In this document: piece after piece, positions 39,950 through 54,040 of the stretch
Position numbering within the stretch: position 1 is the first letter of the stretch
How the letters are laid out: each line of letters begins with the position of its first letter
Assembly: GCA_951406725.2 (NCBI GenBank)
Contig: OX597830.1
Coordinates: 63,364,001-63,428,000, forward strand
DNA from: Octopus vulgaris
Taxonomy: Eukaryota
Length of the DNA stretch: 64,000 bases
Direction of reading: 5' to 3'
Notes under the pieces: model-generated
Databases searched by the model: none
What the model saw: only the letters and a program-made list of their open reading frames with translations
What the model was told of the DNA's origin: nothing
Translations under genes and position numbers: made by a program

Positions 39950-40250
39950 AGAAGAACATTGGAGGTTTCCACAAGATGCTCTAATTGCCTTCATCCTTGC
40001 TATGAAATGTCAGAATGAGAGTGATACTCTTTAACCACATATATTTTGGAGACGTCCCTCTAAAAGAACATTGGCTTACTTTCAGATTGTTCAGTAAGTC
40101 AACAAACTATATGCCAAGGTTTGTGGTACCTGGAGTGGGTAGGTATATTGATAACGTAACCATACTGACAATGGATAATGAGACTGAGCTGAAGTGTATT
40201 AGCAACACCACAACAATTACAATCATTATGAACGTTCATTGGTGCTCCTC
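39950..40250 (+). pseudogene. Possible ancient L1/Tx1-like RT fragment
   Basis: GFPQD...FILAM then RYIDNVTIL (YADDVT-like); very degenerate. Confidence 0.3.
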
Positions 40251-40338
40251 TACGTTTTCTACTTCTTGTCTGAGCAAAAAACATCGCATGACATAAATAT
40301 TTCTATATCCCAACACTGAGGCTGTTATAAGAGCTTGC

Positions 40339-40775
40339 TTAATCCTTTTGACACCAATGTGCCAGAGACTGCCTCTGGGTTGATGATACAAAAACTGTTG
40401 TCAAGTGAACTGAATTAAAACCTCCCATCATAAATTTCAGATTTTCTCCCAAAATTAATACTTGTTTATGATACAGATACAAGGCCAGCAATTTTGAGAG
40501 AAGGGACTCCGGAACTTGATTGTTAATTTATTTTAATGATCTTCTAGGGATGAAAGACAAAGATGACTTTGGGAGGAAGGGAACCGAAAATGTAAAAGAG
40601 CCAGAAGGAATATCACAAGGCCTTTTGGTCCAACACTCTAATCATTCGACTAATCCACTGCACTAAACACCAACTTACTAACGACAAAGTTATTTTACTA
40701 AATTCGTCATTCCTTTCAAAATTATTGAAACAAAAGCAGTGTATATCAATAGAAATAGACAAACCAAATGGTTAA
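40339..40775. mobile_element. piggyBac-type MITE interrupted by a Meta-domain SINE (~40475-40660, minus)
   Basis: TTAATCCTTTTGACACC ... CAAATGGTTAA ends; MITE halves align to 3039-3267 around the SINE insert. Confidence 0.7.
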
Positions 40776-42250
40776 TTTTCATCACACTATTTAACTGGAC
40801 ATGGCACAGTTGTCTTACATGTAAAGCCTCACTCTGAACAGGTATGGTTCGATTTAACTAATGCTGTCTGTTGTGGGGAAATGTTGTACCAGTTTGCTGA
40901 GAATCTATATCCCTCAATAGGCATAGGTTCACCCATGGCTATAGTAGAAGATAGCTGCTCAAAGAGCCATACATTGAGGTGACAGAAGAAACATGGTTAA
41001 GAAGTGAACCATACTCAATACCTGGGCTTATTATACACATATAGGAGCAAAAGACATATTTCTATGTATATATGTATGTGTGTATACAAATACACACACA
41101 CACATATATATAAATATATACAGATTTATATAGATATATACATATGTACACATATACAAATATATACTTACAATCACATATATACATACATTTACACGTA
41201 CAAACACACACATAATATAAATACATACATATATATATATATATATACACAGATAAGTACAAGTACACACATAGATACATATATATATACACACACACAC
41301 ACACATATGCAGAGATATATCTATCTATATATTAATAAACATATGTAATATATACAAGTGTTTGTATATATATACATACACACACACACACACAGTTACA
41401 CATATGCATACGCACACACACATTCATATAGCATATATAAGTATGCGTGTGAGTATACAGATATAGCCAGTGTTATATATGTGCAGCAATGCAATGGTCT
41501 TCAGTGTTGGTTAGCAACTTTTATTATTTTGGGTGCCAATGTCTATAATAGTCGGTAATAATTTATGAACGCCGAACACCTGTACAAGAGAACTGCAACA
41601 GTAGATTCCAAAACACAATGTCTTGAAGCTACTTTTCTGCTTCCCTTCACCTCTTACCGACTACAGAGTGAAGAACTAGAGAACAGCAGCAGCAGCAGCA
41701 ACAGCAGTAAGCAAAGGAGAGGACAGTAATAACATCAACTGCAGCAGTAACACTATATTGCCATCAACGACAACGACAACAACAATTGCAGCAACAGGAA
41801 GACGAGCGGCAGCAACTGTAGAAGGAACAATATAAGCAACAGTAGGAACATCAACATCATCATCATCATCAACAACAAGATCAGCAGAAGTAACATTGTC
41901 GATAATGATTTTACAAGGGAGGCAATGCAGGCACTTGGCCTGCTAGAAATAGCAGCTAAATCTCCCTTAAATCATATCCTACTGTAAATAATATGTAGAT
42001 ACATAATCATCATTTAACGCCTGCTTTTCATGCTGGCATGGGTTAGACCAGTGTGTGTTTGTATATATATATGTATATGTATGTTTATGTGTGTGTGTAT
42101 ACACACACACACATAAACATACATATATACATGAATATACACACATACATACAAGGGGACTATGTTGTTAGTTGACCTGTGAGAAACAGAATCTCAACCA
42201 TATCCTATTGTAAAATAATATACATACTCACACACACAAATATACATACA

Positions 42251-42319
<69 letters not shown>

Positions 42320-45009
42320 CATATCTACATGCACGCACACACACACACATAATTTAGGTCTAGTTATATTATATGTAAATAATAAAAGATGGGCTGGTCA
42401 CAACTGAAATATCTTTAAACATCAGCTTGTTTGGCAAGGGATAAACGCCACCACCACCACCACTTGCAGTAGTAGAGTAGCAGTTGCAGATGTAGCAATA
42501 TAAGCAACAGTGGGAACAACAGCAGCAACGGAACAGATAGTCAGTTTGGTCCTGATTACTTCTTGTACGATTCAGTACTACTTATTATAGCAATGATGTG
42601 GAGAGGAAGAAAATATTTAACATACAAAAACTTTCTTCTTTTCTCAGTTGAATAGGTACCTTGAGGAGGTTCAGTTAACAGTTTGTAACCAACAGGGGCA
42701 CACTATATCACCAGTGTTATTTAGCTGAGTACTGATGCTTTAAATAATTTCATAAGCAAAAACGATACACAAAAGCAGGGGAGCAACTACAATGGTATGT
42801 TGTTACACTAAGGACAGCAATGATAGAATATTATTATTATTCTACAGCTTATGAAGGTGCGCTTAAAGAAAAAAAAATTAAGTCCCAGAAAATTAGGTTG
42901 CGTCTTATAATCATAAGGTCAGAGTGTGGGTCATTGGCAGGTGGTTGCTCTGCCAAAATTGTGGTTATATCTTGTAAATGATCAAATATAAAATATCAAT
43001 TCTAAAAACCTCATTGCTCCCTTATCTACAATCTCACACTCACAGGCTGACTAATTCTTGATATTATCAACCTTACTTTACCTAATTCAAATGGATTGAA
43101 ACCAATTCTCTCAATGGCTCAGGAAAATTACAGAACAGTTTCAATAACATCAACTATCCCATCCCAGAAACACAAACCTGTCCATACCATTTTCTTCACT
43201 ACTCATTTACAAACAAAATACTAAAAAACAAAAAATTAAATGAAAAAATAATAAAAAGCAACATGAAACGCTGTCTGGCACTGACGTTGCCAAGCTTATG
43301 TAAAGTACATCGTAACACGTAGAATCTGTAATATCCTTCACAGAGTAAGTAATGCAAGGATCCATCCTGCCACCAAGTATTTTTAACTCGTATCAACATG
43401 ACCTTCACACACCTCTACCAAAACATACAAAAGACTCATCATATACATGTGGCATCAGTTATTCCCCTCCAACCCTTTAACCCAACACGAACTGCCAACA
43501 AAACCTAGCCCCAAGCAAATAAAACTACATATATCTATGCCTCTTCTTACCAGCAACATTAAAGTACATCAGATACAACCAGCCATCACATTCCGTAACA
43601 TATACACCCACTCAGGAGACATAACTACTACCAGTTACACACAACACCTTTATAATATTTACAGCGACACACAGAGAAGATAAAGAAAAGAGAACACACT
43701 GCACAAACACTAAGAATACTCACAACTATTACATTGGGCTGATACAATAGCAACACTGGTGTACTAACAATGTTTTAGAGACATCAAGGATTACCCCAGG
43801 AACCCTAACAAATAACCAACCCCTTACCAAAAAGAAAAAAAAAATCATCAAGAACATAAAATCGTGCATTTAGTATCATAATAAATTCTACACATGCTCA
43901 AATTGAAAGACCACTTGGATATGCAAAGCTCACAATTTGTTGCAGCATCAGTAAGCATCAGCCTGCACAATCCCTTGCCACCCAGACACATCTATAACAC
44001 CCCAGAGCACAGATCTCCCTGCCACCACCTCTTCTACATGATAGCATAGCCTGTTAGAAATGGCAGCTAAATCTTTTTCAAATTACACACTGCTGTCTTA
44101 AATAAAATGGATACATTGGAAATGTAGTCTTAAATATGCCAGGCTTTGAAACAAAAAAAATGTAATGGGTTTGCTTGTAGGTTCTTTTCTAACAGGTTGG
44201 TTGATCTGGATGTACAACATAATATTAGACAGGACAGTGGATAAATCACAAGATGGTCAAACTTTCACTTTGTACCACAACTACAGCATGTCAGACTGTG
44301 TGTGGTCTTCAACTGGGTGGAGACATGATGTGTTGGCTATAAAGGGTTTGTGGATAGAATCAAGCTGTACAGTTTGACTGGAGCTGTAGAACCAGAACAT
44401 AAAGTAGCATTTCTAGAAAGGATGCACACCAAGAAGGAAGGCCACTGAAAGATCGTTAATTGGAAAAGAAGCAAAGAAACTGAAGCAACTGCCAACACAA
44501 ATAACAATTACAACAACAATAATGGTATATTTCTTCTACTGGACACACACACATACGGTTTCACTTTTAGTATGGTGCAAGGAAGGAAGGTTGTATTTAG
44601 TGGATTAATGAAGCGGGCCAGATATATTGAACTTAAAAACAGTGAGGCTATGAAAACAACTCCAATCAAGAATCTTTTCCATCAACATTCAATAGAAACT
44701 ATATAAATGTATGGGGGGGGGATAAATAAAAATTAGAATGGTATTGAAAACAGATGGGGGGGGGGGCGGTAAACACATTAAGCTTCACACAAGTCACTTA
44801 AATAGTGATTTCATGAATATACACTTATGCTTTTATATATATATATTATACATACACACAGACACAAAACACTGATACACAAAACAAAAATATACATACA
44901 AAACAATATATACAGCAATGAGATTGAATATGTGCGTGTGTTAAATACTGTAGTCACAATATGTAAATCAAGGGCAGTAATAGCATTTTGAGAAAAACGA
45001 GAAATTCAC

Positions 45010-45110
45010 CTTGAAAAAGAGACGAGATTATAACAAAAAGATCGACATATTTCTTCACAATCTCTCTTCAACCGAAATCTCTACAACACTCCTACTGACC
45101 TTCCGGAAAT
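45010..45110 (-). promoter_or_regulatory. Candidate promoter and non-coding first exon of the minus-strand gene
   Basis: TTCCGGAA (ETS-type core on both strands) at 45101-45108, TCAGT initiator-like motif at 45094-45098, donor AAG|gtgaat at 45009; lies exactly at the left edge of the CpG-retaining block. Confidence 0.55.
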
Positions 45111-45368
45111 GCATCAAAATCACAACATCACATTCAGATTAAATAAACCAGATTCCTCTACGAGTGTGCATGTTGTTCTCTTATGATAATTTACGACGGT
45201 AGTTATTTTGCGTTATAACATCAGGGGGTGGACAAAAGGTAAACTATATATACGAATACATATTAGGGGTGGGTGTGACAAGCTAGCTACTACTTTCACT
45301 TTCTAAAACTTCAGATGGCACCAGTTTGTTTGGCGATCGCAGAAATAATTATTATTATTTAAAAGAAA

Positions 45369-45414
<46 letters not shown>

Positions 45415-47229
45415 GGCGGCAAGCTGATAGATCGTCAGTACACCGGGAAAATGCCTAGCAGCATTTCGTCTGTCTTTAAATTCTGAATGCTAATTTCGCC
45501 GAGGTCGATAAATTAAGTACCAGCGAAATACTGGGGGTCGATGTAATCAACTAGTCCCCTACTCCAAAATTGCTGAAATATTGAATGAATTATTCTCGTA
45601 TTTTTCGACGCATTGAAATAAAATTGAATAATTTTTGTCATTTTACTTCCTTGAAGAAACCGTGATATGATTGTCTGACCTGCTAAAAATAGCAGTCAGA
45701 ACTGTTTATAATAACTGCCAATCATTTTAGATAACTCAAATGAAAAAAAATTCGAAACACACTGGTGCCCCAGCATGGCCGCAAGTTAACAAACTGAAAC
45801 AAAAGATTGCACCCCAAAATATCACCAGTGATAAACAGCGTTAACAATTAAATAAACGAACTTCCACGATCGCCAAACAAATACCAGCTAAGGTTTAAAA
45901 AGAAAAAAGAAAAATGAAAGTGGTACGCTATACTCCAAAACCTTTACACTAGTAGGATCGTGCTTATGGTAGAAATCAATATTATTCTATAATATTGAAT
46001 TCTGCCGGATTCGATGAAATAGCCATCAATCAGAGACTATATCTACTGACTGTGCAATCCGAAGCACTTAAATAAAATGAATTAATTGGTGGACTTGTGC
46101 CTTTATTAGAAATCGATAACATTTGAATGGCAGAATAGGTAATGTGCTGGATTAAAATGCCGTGCGGTTTTTAGTGAGGTCCCTTTACGTCTGAGATCAA
46201 ATCCCGCCAGGGTCAACATTGATCCTCATCCAGTGGAAGGGGAAGTGTCGTTAAAATAAAGTACTAAATGAAATACTGGAATCGATTGTCTCAGCCCTTT
46301 CAAATTAGTGATCCTGTACCTTATGGTAATAGTAATAATAATGATTTCATTTAATTGCCACAAGGGCGAAGGATGAGGGGCCAATACAAAGACAGACACA
46401 AAGTGTAGGGGTTTACATATGAAATAAGATAAAATAAATGAATAAATAACAAAAATTTAAGGAGTATGTAGACACGGTGTACAATGAAAAGGGATATATA
46501 CATGGTATACGAAGATAAAAAAAAAATAATAATGTTGGCACAAAACCAGCAAATTTTAAGGGGAGGGGGAAGTCGATTACAACGACTCCAGTACTTGACT
46601 GGTACTTTAATTTATCGACCACTCGTGGGGATTTGAACTCGGAACGTTGACCTCAGCGGCTCAGTTGCTGATTGATATGTCGGAGTTTAGCTACATAGAT
46701 AAGTGAATAAAAACTTTGTAATTTTAATTCTGACAAATGGGATTATATTTTCCATTTTAAGAGGAAGATAAAAGTATCGAATCTACATATTTTCTACAAT
46801 TGACCTGGAGCCAAACCTCAGCTAGTAGAGCACTCCCCTCCCCACCCCCCTTTCATTCGCCTTAAAAGACACGTTGGATAGTTGTACTCCACCGCCCGAA
46901 AAAAAAAATGTGAGATTTGTCCGATCAGGGCCAAACTCGGAGCTCACTAACAAGAAGTAGATTTAAGTATAAATAAAAAGCACGAACTGTGGTCACCAGC
47001 CGAATGATGTGATATGGTGTAAATTCTAGATGTGTCACAATTCCTCGAATCTACTTTCATTTTCTCGTAAGTTATTTTAACTTCCTATATGTCGCTGAAC
47101 AGGCCTCGAAGAAAATAGCACTACAGCTATTTCCTAGTTCTCGTGCCTTTAAAAATCTCAAAATTCACAAAGGAGAGGAAGGGAGTTTTTCTCTTTAAAA
47201 GTACTTCTCAGGTTTCTCTTTGATTCAAG

Positions 47230-47279
47230 GAAGAAGAAGAAGAAGAAGAAGAAGAAGAAGAAGAAGAAGAAGAAGAAGA

Positions 47280-47347
<68 letters not shown>
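47230..47347. repeat. Compound (GAA)n(GA)n purine tract
   Basis: Direct reading. Confidence 0.95.
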
Positions 47348-47349
<2 letters not shown>

Positions 47350-48354
47350 AACTATGTAAGCAACAGAATTTAACTTGATTGGGGACCAGAAATTTAGTTT
47401 GATGAAAATATTTGGCTAGAAAAACGTAGTACCAGGGATATACTCAGGTCCAGTCATTCAACAATTCTCACTACCTACTTCCATAGGAGCAAATAATCCC
47501 TGTGTTTGGTAAATTTTCTGAGTGGTGGGCAAGCATGGAAAGGTTCATGTCAGAAAAGTGGTTTGCCAAATGGCGCAAAGTAACAAGTATTCTCTCACTG
47601 TGCTCCTTTTGTTACTTTTACTGGGGTAGCAGCGATATTTATTTTCAAATTTTACATTATCATTATTTATAAGAATCAATCAATCGATTGATCGATCGAT
47701 CTTTCCTTTGTCTTGGTATCTTTCTTGACGTATATTGGCTGGAAAGAAACCAGAAATTCAACAAGTGTTCAGACGAGGAGAAAAACACCGCCATTCAGAC
47801 ACAGCATGCAGTCCTCTGAATCACATCACTGTGAAGTCCTATTCAAACCATGAGCCAAAGAAGGAGCCTCTGCGAGGTTACTCAAACTAATAAAAATCGT
47901 AGCAACAATATCCTCAAATAACACCGTCTTCCTTCGAGGACACAGAAAATGTAGATTTAGATCGATCGATCGGTCTGTCTATCTATCTATCTAAAGACGG
48001 AACAGCCGCGGCTGGAATGTCTCTGATCATAGGTCTGACTGATCAGGAATGACCAGGGGTTAAACAATAGATACCAGATTAATCAAGTTACCTATCAATC
48101 AGGTCGAATATTTATAAATCTCTACTCAACAGTGGTAGACAAATTTGACAAACTACATTAAATAAAATGATTATATACTGTTTATAAATTAGCCCAGCTA
48201 CACATACATACATACACACACACATATATATACATATACATACATATTTGTGTGTGTATGTATGTGTGTGTATATATATATACACACACATATAACTCCA
48301 CATACACAGCCAGATAATTACAAATATATATGAAAGAGCACTATCTATATCTAC

Positions 48355-48388
<34 letters not shown>

Positions 48389-48693
48389 GAATACAGAAAT
48401 CGCACAGATAAACAAAAGGTACATTATTTTTGCATATTGATCTATATATACAAATCGGTCATTATATATTTGTCTATATTCACAAAAAGACTAGCAAAGG
48501 TCCCGATAGAGATAAGTCTGTAGATACCCAATTCTGTATAAACTTCGAAGGTTTTTTCCTCTGATAATATTTAATTATTTTTTTTATAATTGTCTCCCCA
48601 CCCGACCCCGCGAGGAGCAACTACAATCAGAACTAGTTGAATACTAATGTCGCCTAAATAGCCGAACTTAACTCCCCCCACCCAACTAAAGCC

Positions 48694-48857
<164 letters not shown>

Positions 48858-49632
48858 CCTCACCCAACTAAAGCACTGTGTGTGTGTGTATATATATATG
48901 TAGAAATCAATATCAATCATTTATTATACACGCATTGTTACACACACCGATCTATTATACACACACACACACAGAATTATATCATTAAAGGCGACATATA
49001 TGATACAGGATATAAAAATAAGTATACAAATAAAACGGGTTGTAAAAAATAATAGGAACACACACACACACACACACACTCAAAGCGAGTGTGTGTGAAC
49101 TCATCGATAATTTGAACTGTATAATTGAATATTAGCCAGTACAACAAAACCGAGTCAGGTTTGTAGCAGATTTGACCAAGTGAAGGTCAGAGAGATAGAG
49201 AGAATGAAAGTGATAGGGAGGTGGAAAATAAATTGGTGATAAAAGGGTGGTGGTGGTGGAGGTGGGAGGTGAAAGCAAGATTAGAGGCGAAGTGGAAAAA
49301 GAAAAGAAGAAAGCCAAAAAAAAAAACAAAGGTAGGGAGATGGACAAAATAGGTGAGAAAGAGAGAGACACACACACATAGAATGAGTTCAAAAATGAAC
49401 GAGTTTGAAGGGAGGGGAGAAAAAAAAAAGAAAAAAAAGATGGACTTCCAAGGCAAAAGAGAAGTAGGAAGAGATTGTATACAACATATATATATATATA
49501 CAACATTGAAAAGGAATCAATACAGCTTTCACTGATAGACATACGCCGCACATATACACACACATATATAAAACATCTCGGCCTATTTGAAATATCTATC
49601 TATCTATTTATATCTATCTATCTATCTATCTA

Positions 49633-49690
<58 letters not shown>

Positions 49691-51450
49691 ACACAGTCGT
49701 AAATGAATGGAATTTTTTTCCACCCTTGAAATTTAGTTGATGCCTAAGCAATAAACATGAACAGACCGATAGACAGACAGATGGAATTATATATATGTAT
49801 ATATATATATAAATGAGAAAGAGATGATGATGATGATGATGAAGGCGTGCTGAAACAGTCCCTCCCAAAACAAACTATATAAACACGCAAAAAGGGGACG
49901 ATTCGGGTTTATATTAACCAAGTGAAGCTAGCATACTAATTACAGTAGCAAATGGCAACTACCAAAATAGTCATCTGCAGCAAGACATACATAGATACAC
50001 ACCAGAGGAGAGAGAGAGAGATTTAGAGAGAGAGAAATATAGTTAAGCGTATATAATAAACACACACATACACACACATACATACACAAATGAAAAGAAA
50101 GAAAAAAATCAGTAGGTATGAAGGTAGGCAGGTGTTTTAATACGGATTAGTAGTAACGAGTCGGGGAGATTTGGTCAGAAAAGAAAAAAGAAAAAAGAAA
50201 AAGGAAATAAAGACCAAAAAAAAAATCCATCAGAATGCTAAGTTAACATATACATACATACATTTGAGATTGTGTGTGATTATATAAATATAAAAATGAA
50301 TGTGAATGAGAGAGATATATATACATAGGAGGGGGGGGGTGAGAGGAGGAAAGAGTTGGACTACGTATGCGGTGTTGATAGTAGTTGTGAGTGATGACAT
50401 TAGTGTTGGTGATGATAGTGGAGAGCGATGGTAGTGCTGTTGTTAATGACGATAATGATCATGATGATGATGATGATGAGAGAGGAGCTAGTTGTATTGG
50501 AAGATGATTATATTAGTAGTAGTAGTAGTAATAGTGGTGGTGGTGGTGGTTATAGTGCATTGGTGGCTTTAGGTGGAAGTAGTAGTGGAAGGTAAATGAT
50601 TTTGTTCATGGTGGGCTATGCGTTTTCCACCCTAAGCCATCATCCTTATTACTATAATAATAATAATTATTATTATTATTATTATTACATCGGGTGGTGG
50701 ATTGGCAGATTCGTTTAGAGCGCCGGGTAAAGACGTCTTGTGGCATTTGTTCCGGCTCTTCATATTCTCGTGTTCAAATCCCGCCGAGGTCAGCTTAGTC
50801 TTTTCATCTCTCCCCCGAGTCGATAAAACAAAAGTACCCAGTCAAGTATTGAGGGATCGATTATAATCGACTGCTCACCCCCACCCCACCCCACCACCAC
50901 CAACCAACCAACCTCCAGTAAATTTCACGCCTTGTACCTATGTTGGAAACAAATTATTATTATTATTATTGTTGGAGAATGCCGCAGCGAAGTGGTCAAA
51001 TTCTCGGCGGCGACCCGAGACTCACAATCACGGTTTCACTTTCCAGTTGTAACTTATATACAATTTACAGAAAAAAAAAAAAAAAAATATATATGAACGC
51101 CCTCACTTCCTAATTTCCGTTCCTTTAAAATTTTCTTGGGCGTCATGATCATATATAAAAAAAAACCCTCCCCGCCCTCTTTATAAAAAAGAAAAAATCT
51201 TTAGAGGGGTAAAAATAAAGAACAGACATTATTTCATTGATTACTACATCGTCCATATAAATTCGTTGCAGTTATTTTTTATTATTTAAAACATTATTAT
51301 TATTATTATTTTTATTATCATCAACCCCTCGATCTATTTTTGTAAATTGAAGTGAAAACTACTGGGAAACGGCATAAAAATCACTCGGGTAAAGGGAAAA
51401 ACACAACAGAATTTAAAGGGCAATCCTAAGAGTACATATACATACAAATT

Positions 51451-51485
<35 letters not shown>

Positions 51486-52147
51486 AATAAAAGTATATAA
51501 ATATATATGTATGTATACACAAGAGTGGGAGTGAGTGAGTTTTAAGGGTTTCAGAGAAGAGGTGTGTGTGTAAGAGTGAGAGACGAAATCCTTCTAAATC
51601 AATCAAATCGTTGAATGAAACGATCTACCTGAAAAAACGACATCTTGATGACGATTATGATGGAACGGGTTAGATTTTCTTTTTTAGAAAGGAAAAAAAA
51701 AAAAAAAAATGGCAAACAGAGAATCTCTCTTTGCCCCTCCACCAAGGACATTAAAACGACATGAGTGGCTTACGACTGGGACCGGGAGTGTAATTAGATC
51801 AACATCACCATCATCATCATCATCAGTGATATAACTATTAATTATTATTATCATTAGCATTATCACATTAATTAACACGGAAAGAAAGTGGGGGTCCCAT
51901 TTGGAAAATATAACTATATAAAACAGCTGGAAACAGGGCCAGATCGAAAGGAGAGGGACGTAAAAAATTTGATGAGGTCGAAAGAATGATTGGGGAATAG
52001 GATAAATAAATATATATATATATATATATACACACACGCCGCTGTTACGGTTAAGGGGTTAGGAAAAATACATACATTATATATATATATATACACACAC
52101 AAAAATCTAGACAAACTGAAACATGTATATGTGTGCGTGTATGTATG

Positions 52148-52195
<48 letters not shown>

Positions 52196-52365
52196 GTATA
52201 TATATATATATATATACATATATATAATGTATGTATGTGTGTCTCAGTGTGTATCTTCTGCTGCTATTTCTTCTGCCACTGTCATTATTTCAAAGATGTT
52301 ACTTAAATCGTCGACTCTTTTGGCGATGTCACTAATCTTCATTTTCTTCTTCCCTTTAATAGAAT

Positions 52366-52396
<31 letters not shown>

Positions 52397-53201
52397 TATT
52401 ATTATTATTTATTACTATTACTATTATTATAAAACTAAAACCACAGAGATGTATGGGGCTGCTACAGAACTAGGTGAGGGTTAGACTGATAAATACAAAT
52501 AAATACATACATAGATACGTGTAGTTTTTTTCGGGGGGCTTTTTTTTCTTTTAAAAAAAATCTAATCTGCTTCAATTTAATTTCATTTCATTTCATCTTT
52601 TTCCTTTTCTCATTTCGAGATGAATCGTAGAAGAAAGGAGACGACACAAGGCAAAAAGGAAAGGAAAGAAAAGAGGAGAAGGAGCAATAAAAAAAGATCA
52701 AAGAAAAGAGAGAAGAGAAAGATCCCATATTATCTTATCTTGCCATCATAAACATTATCATTGCTGCTCTTTTTATTATCATTATTATTATTATTATTGG
52801 TGCCAGTGACATTCTAAGACGGACGATCAACTGGCAAATAATTTGCTTGTTTTCGAGCTACGCTACTACCTCAATAGCTCCTTCATCAGTTTGCTCGCAC
52901 TCTACCTCCAAATCAGCTCCTCTACTCTCTATATAAATATATATATATATATATATATACATACATATATATACACACACACACGCATGTATGTATATAT
53001 ATATATATGTATATATATATATTTATATTAGAAGAAATGAGGTAATCAGAAAAGATCGGATGGTTCATGTTTATAAGATATTTATTTATATATTACATTT
53101 TTTACATATATATATATATCATATCATTCAGATATGTATATATATATATATATATATATAGATATACACATACATCTATATACATACATGATGTGTGTGT
53201 G

Positions 53202-53252
<51 letters not shown>

Positions 53253-53287
53253 TATACACACACACATACATCTATATACATACATGA

Positions 53288-53345
<58 letters not shown>

Positions 53346-53653
53346 TGTGTGTATATATACACTTATATTGTATATATCTATCACCAACAGGCAATGACAG
53401 CGAAAGAAAGAGAGAACGAGCAGCGAGGGAGAAAGCGAAGGGAGAAGAGAGAGAGAGCCGTCTTGACGTAATGAACATATACATATATACATGGGATTCA
53501 TTTTGTTAAAATTCACGCTATAGGTGAACAAATACCGAGAATATTTCAACAGTGATTGTTGGAATGTGTGAAATAATGACGATAATGATAGTTTTAATGA
53601 AATATTTTATGTATTATTGTATATTTCAGTGAAATAAAAGTGGTACATCTTAC

Positions 53654-53689
53654 CTGAGTCGCCTCCACAACTCTCGCCAAAGCAACCAT
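53654..53689 (-). CDS. Candidate first coding exon (MVALARVVEATQ)
   Basis: ATG at 53689, 12 open codons, consensus donor CAG|gtaaga, immediately downstream of a perfect CRE. Confidence 0.4.
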
Positions 53690-53699
53690 TAAAACTTAC

Positions 53700-54040
53700 T
53701 CCTTCCTGTGACGTCAGAGGTTTGTGTGTAAAACTTCGAGGTTTTGTTGTTCTTTATTGCTTGGCTATGTCGATGTATGTGGGTTTTTAATAATAAACAC
53801 AAAAATTTATCAGAAAAGACGATTGGAAATTAATTTAATATGTCTCTAATTAATGAAAAAAAGGCGAGGAAATAATCTAAAATTAATAATTACAAAATAA
53901 AATCACCGCTTGAAAGTATGTACAGTTTATCACCATTGTACGTCAACAAAACATGTTTGCCTGTGTGAGTTTGACACGCATAACCGGAAATGAACTTTGG
54001 TGAGTAGTGTGAGGTTAAAGGTCAGATTAGATGAGGTCAC
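53700..54040. promoter_or_regulatory. Candidate bidirectional promoter
   Basis: TGACGTCA at 53709-53716, ACCGGAAAT at 53983-53991, plus-strand donor TTG|gtgagt at 54000, AGGTTA-A-AGGTCA at 54012-54024; outward-facing donors on both strands; CpG retained. Confidence 0.55.

Noticed and set aside
43000-43900. C/A-rich stretch suggestive of an old Penelope ORF (YIGL-like motif)
   Set aside because: Too degraded to support a call without alignment.
52863-52875. TGAGGTAGTAG on the minus strand, identical to the let-7 5' end
   Set aside because: Only 11 nt match, the 3' half differs and there is no precursor-size hairpin; at most a chance target site.
53390-53470. Plus-strand exon-like purine-rich segment ([26 protein letters not shown])
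   Set aside because: Low-complexity GA-rich sequence that is open by composition, weak donor, no partner exons.
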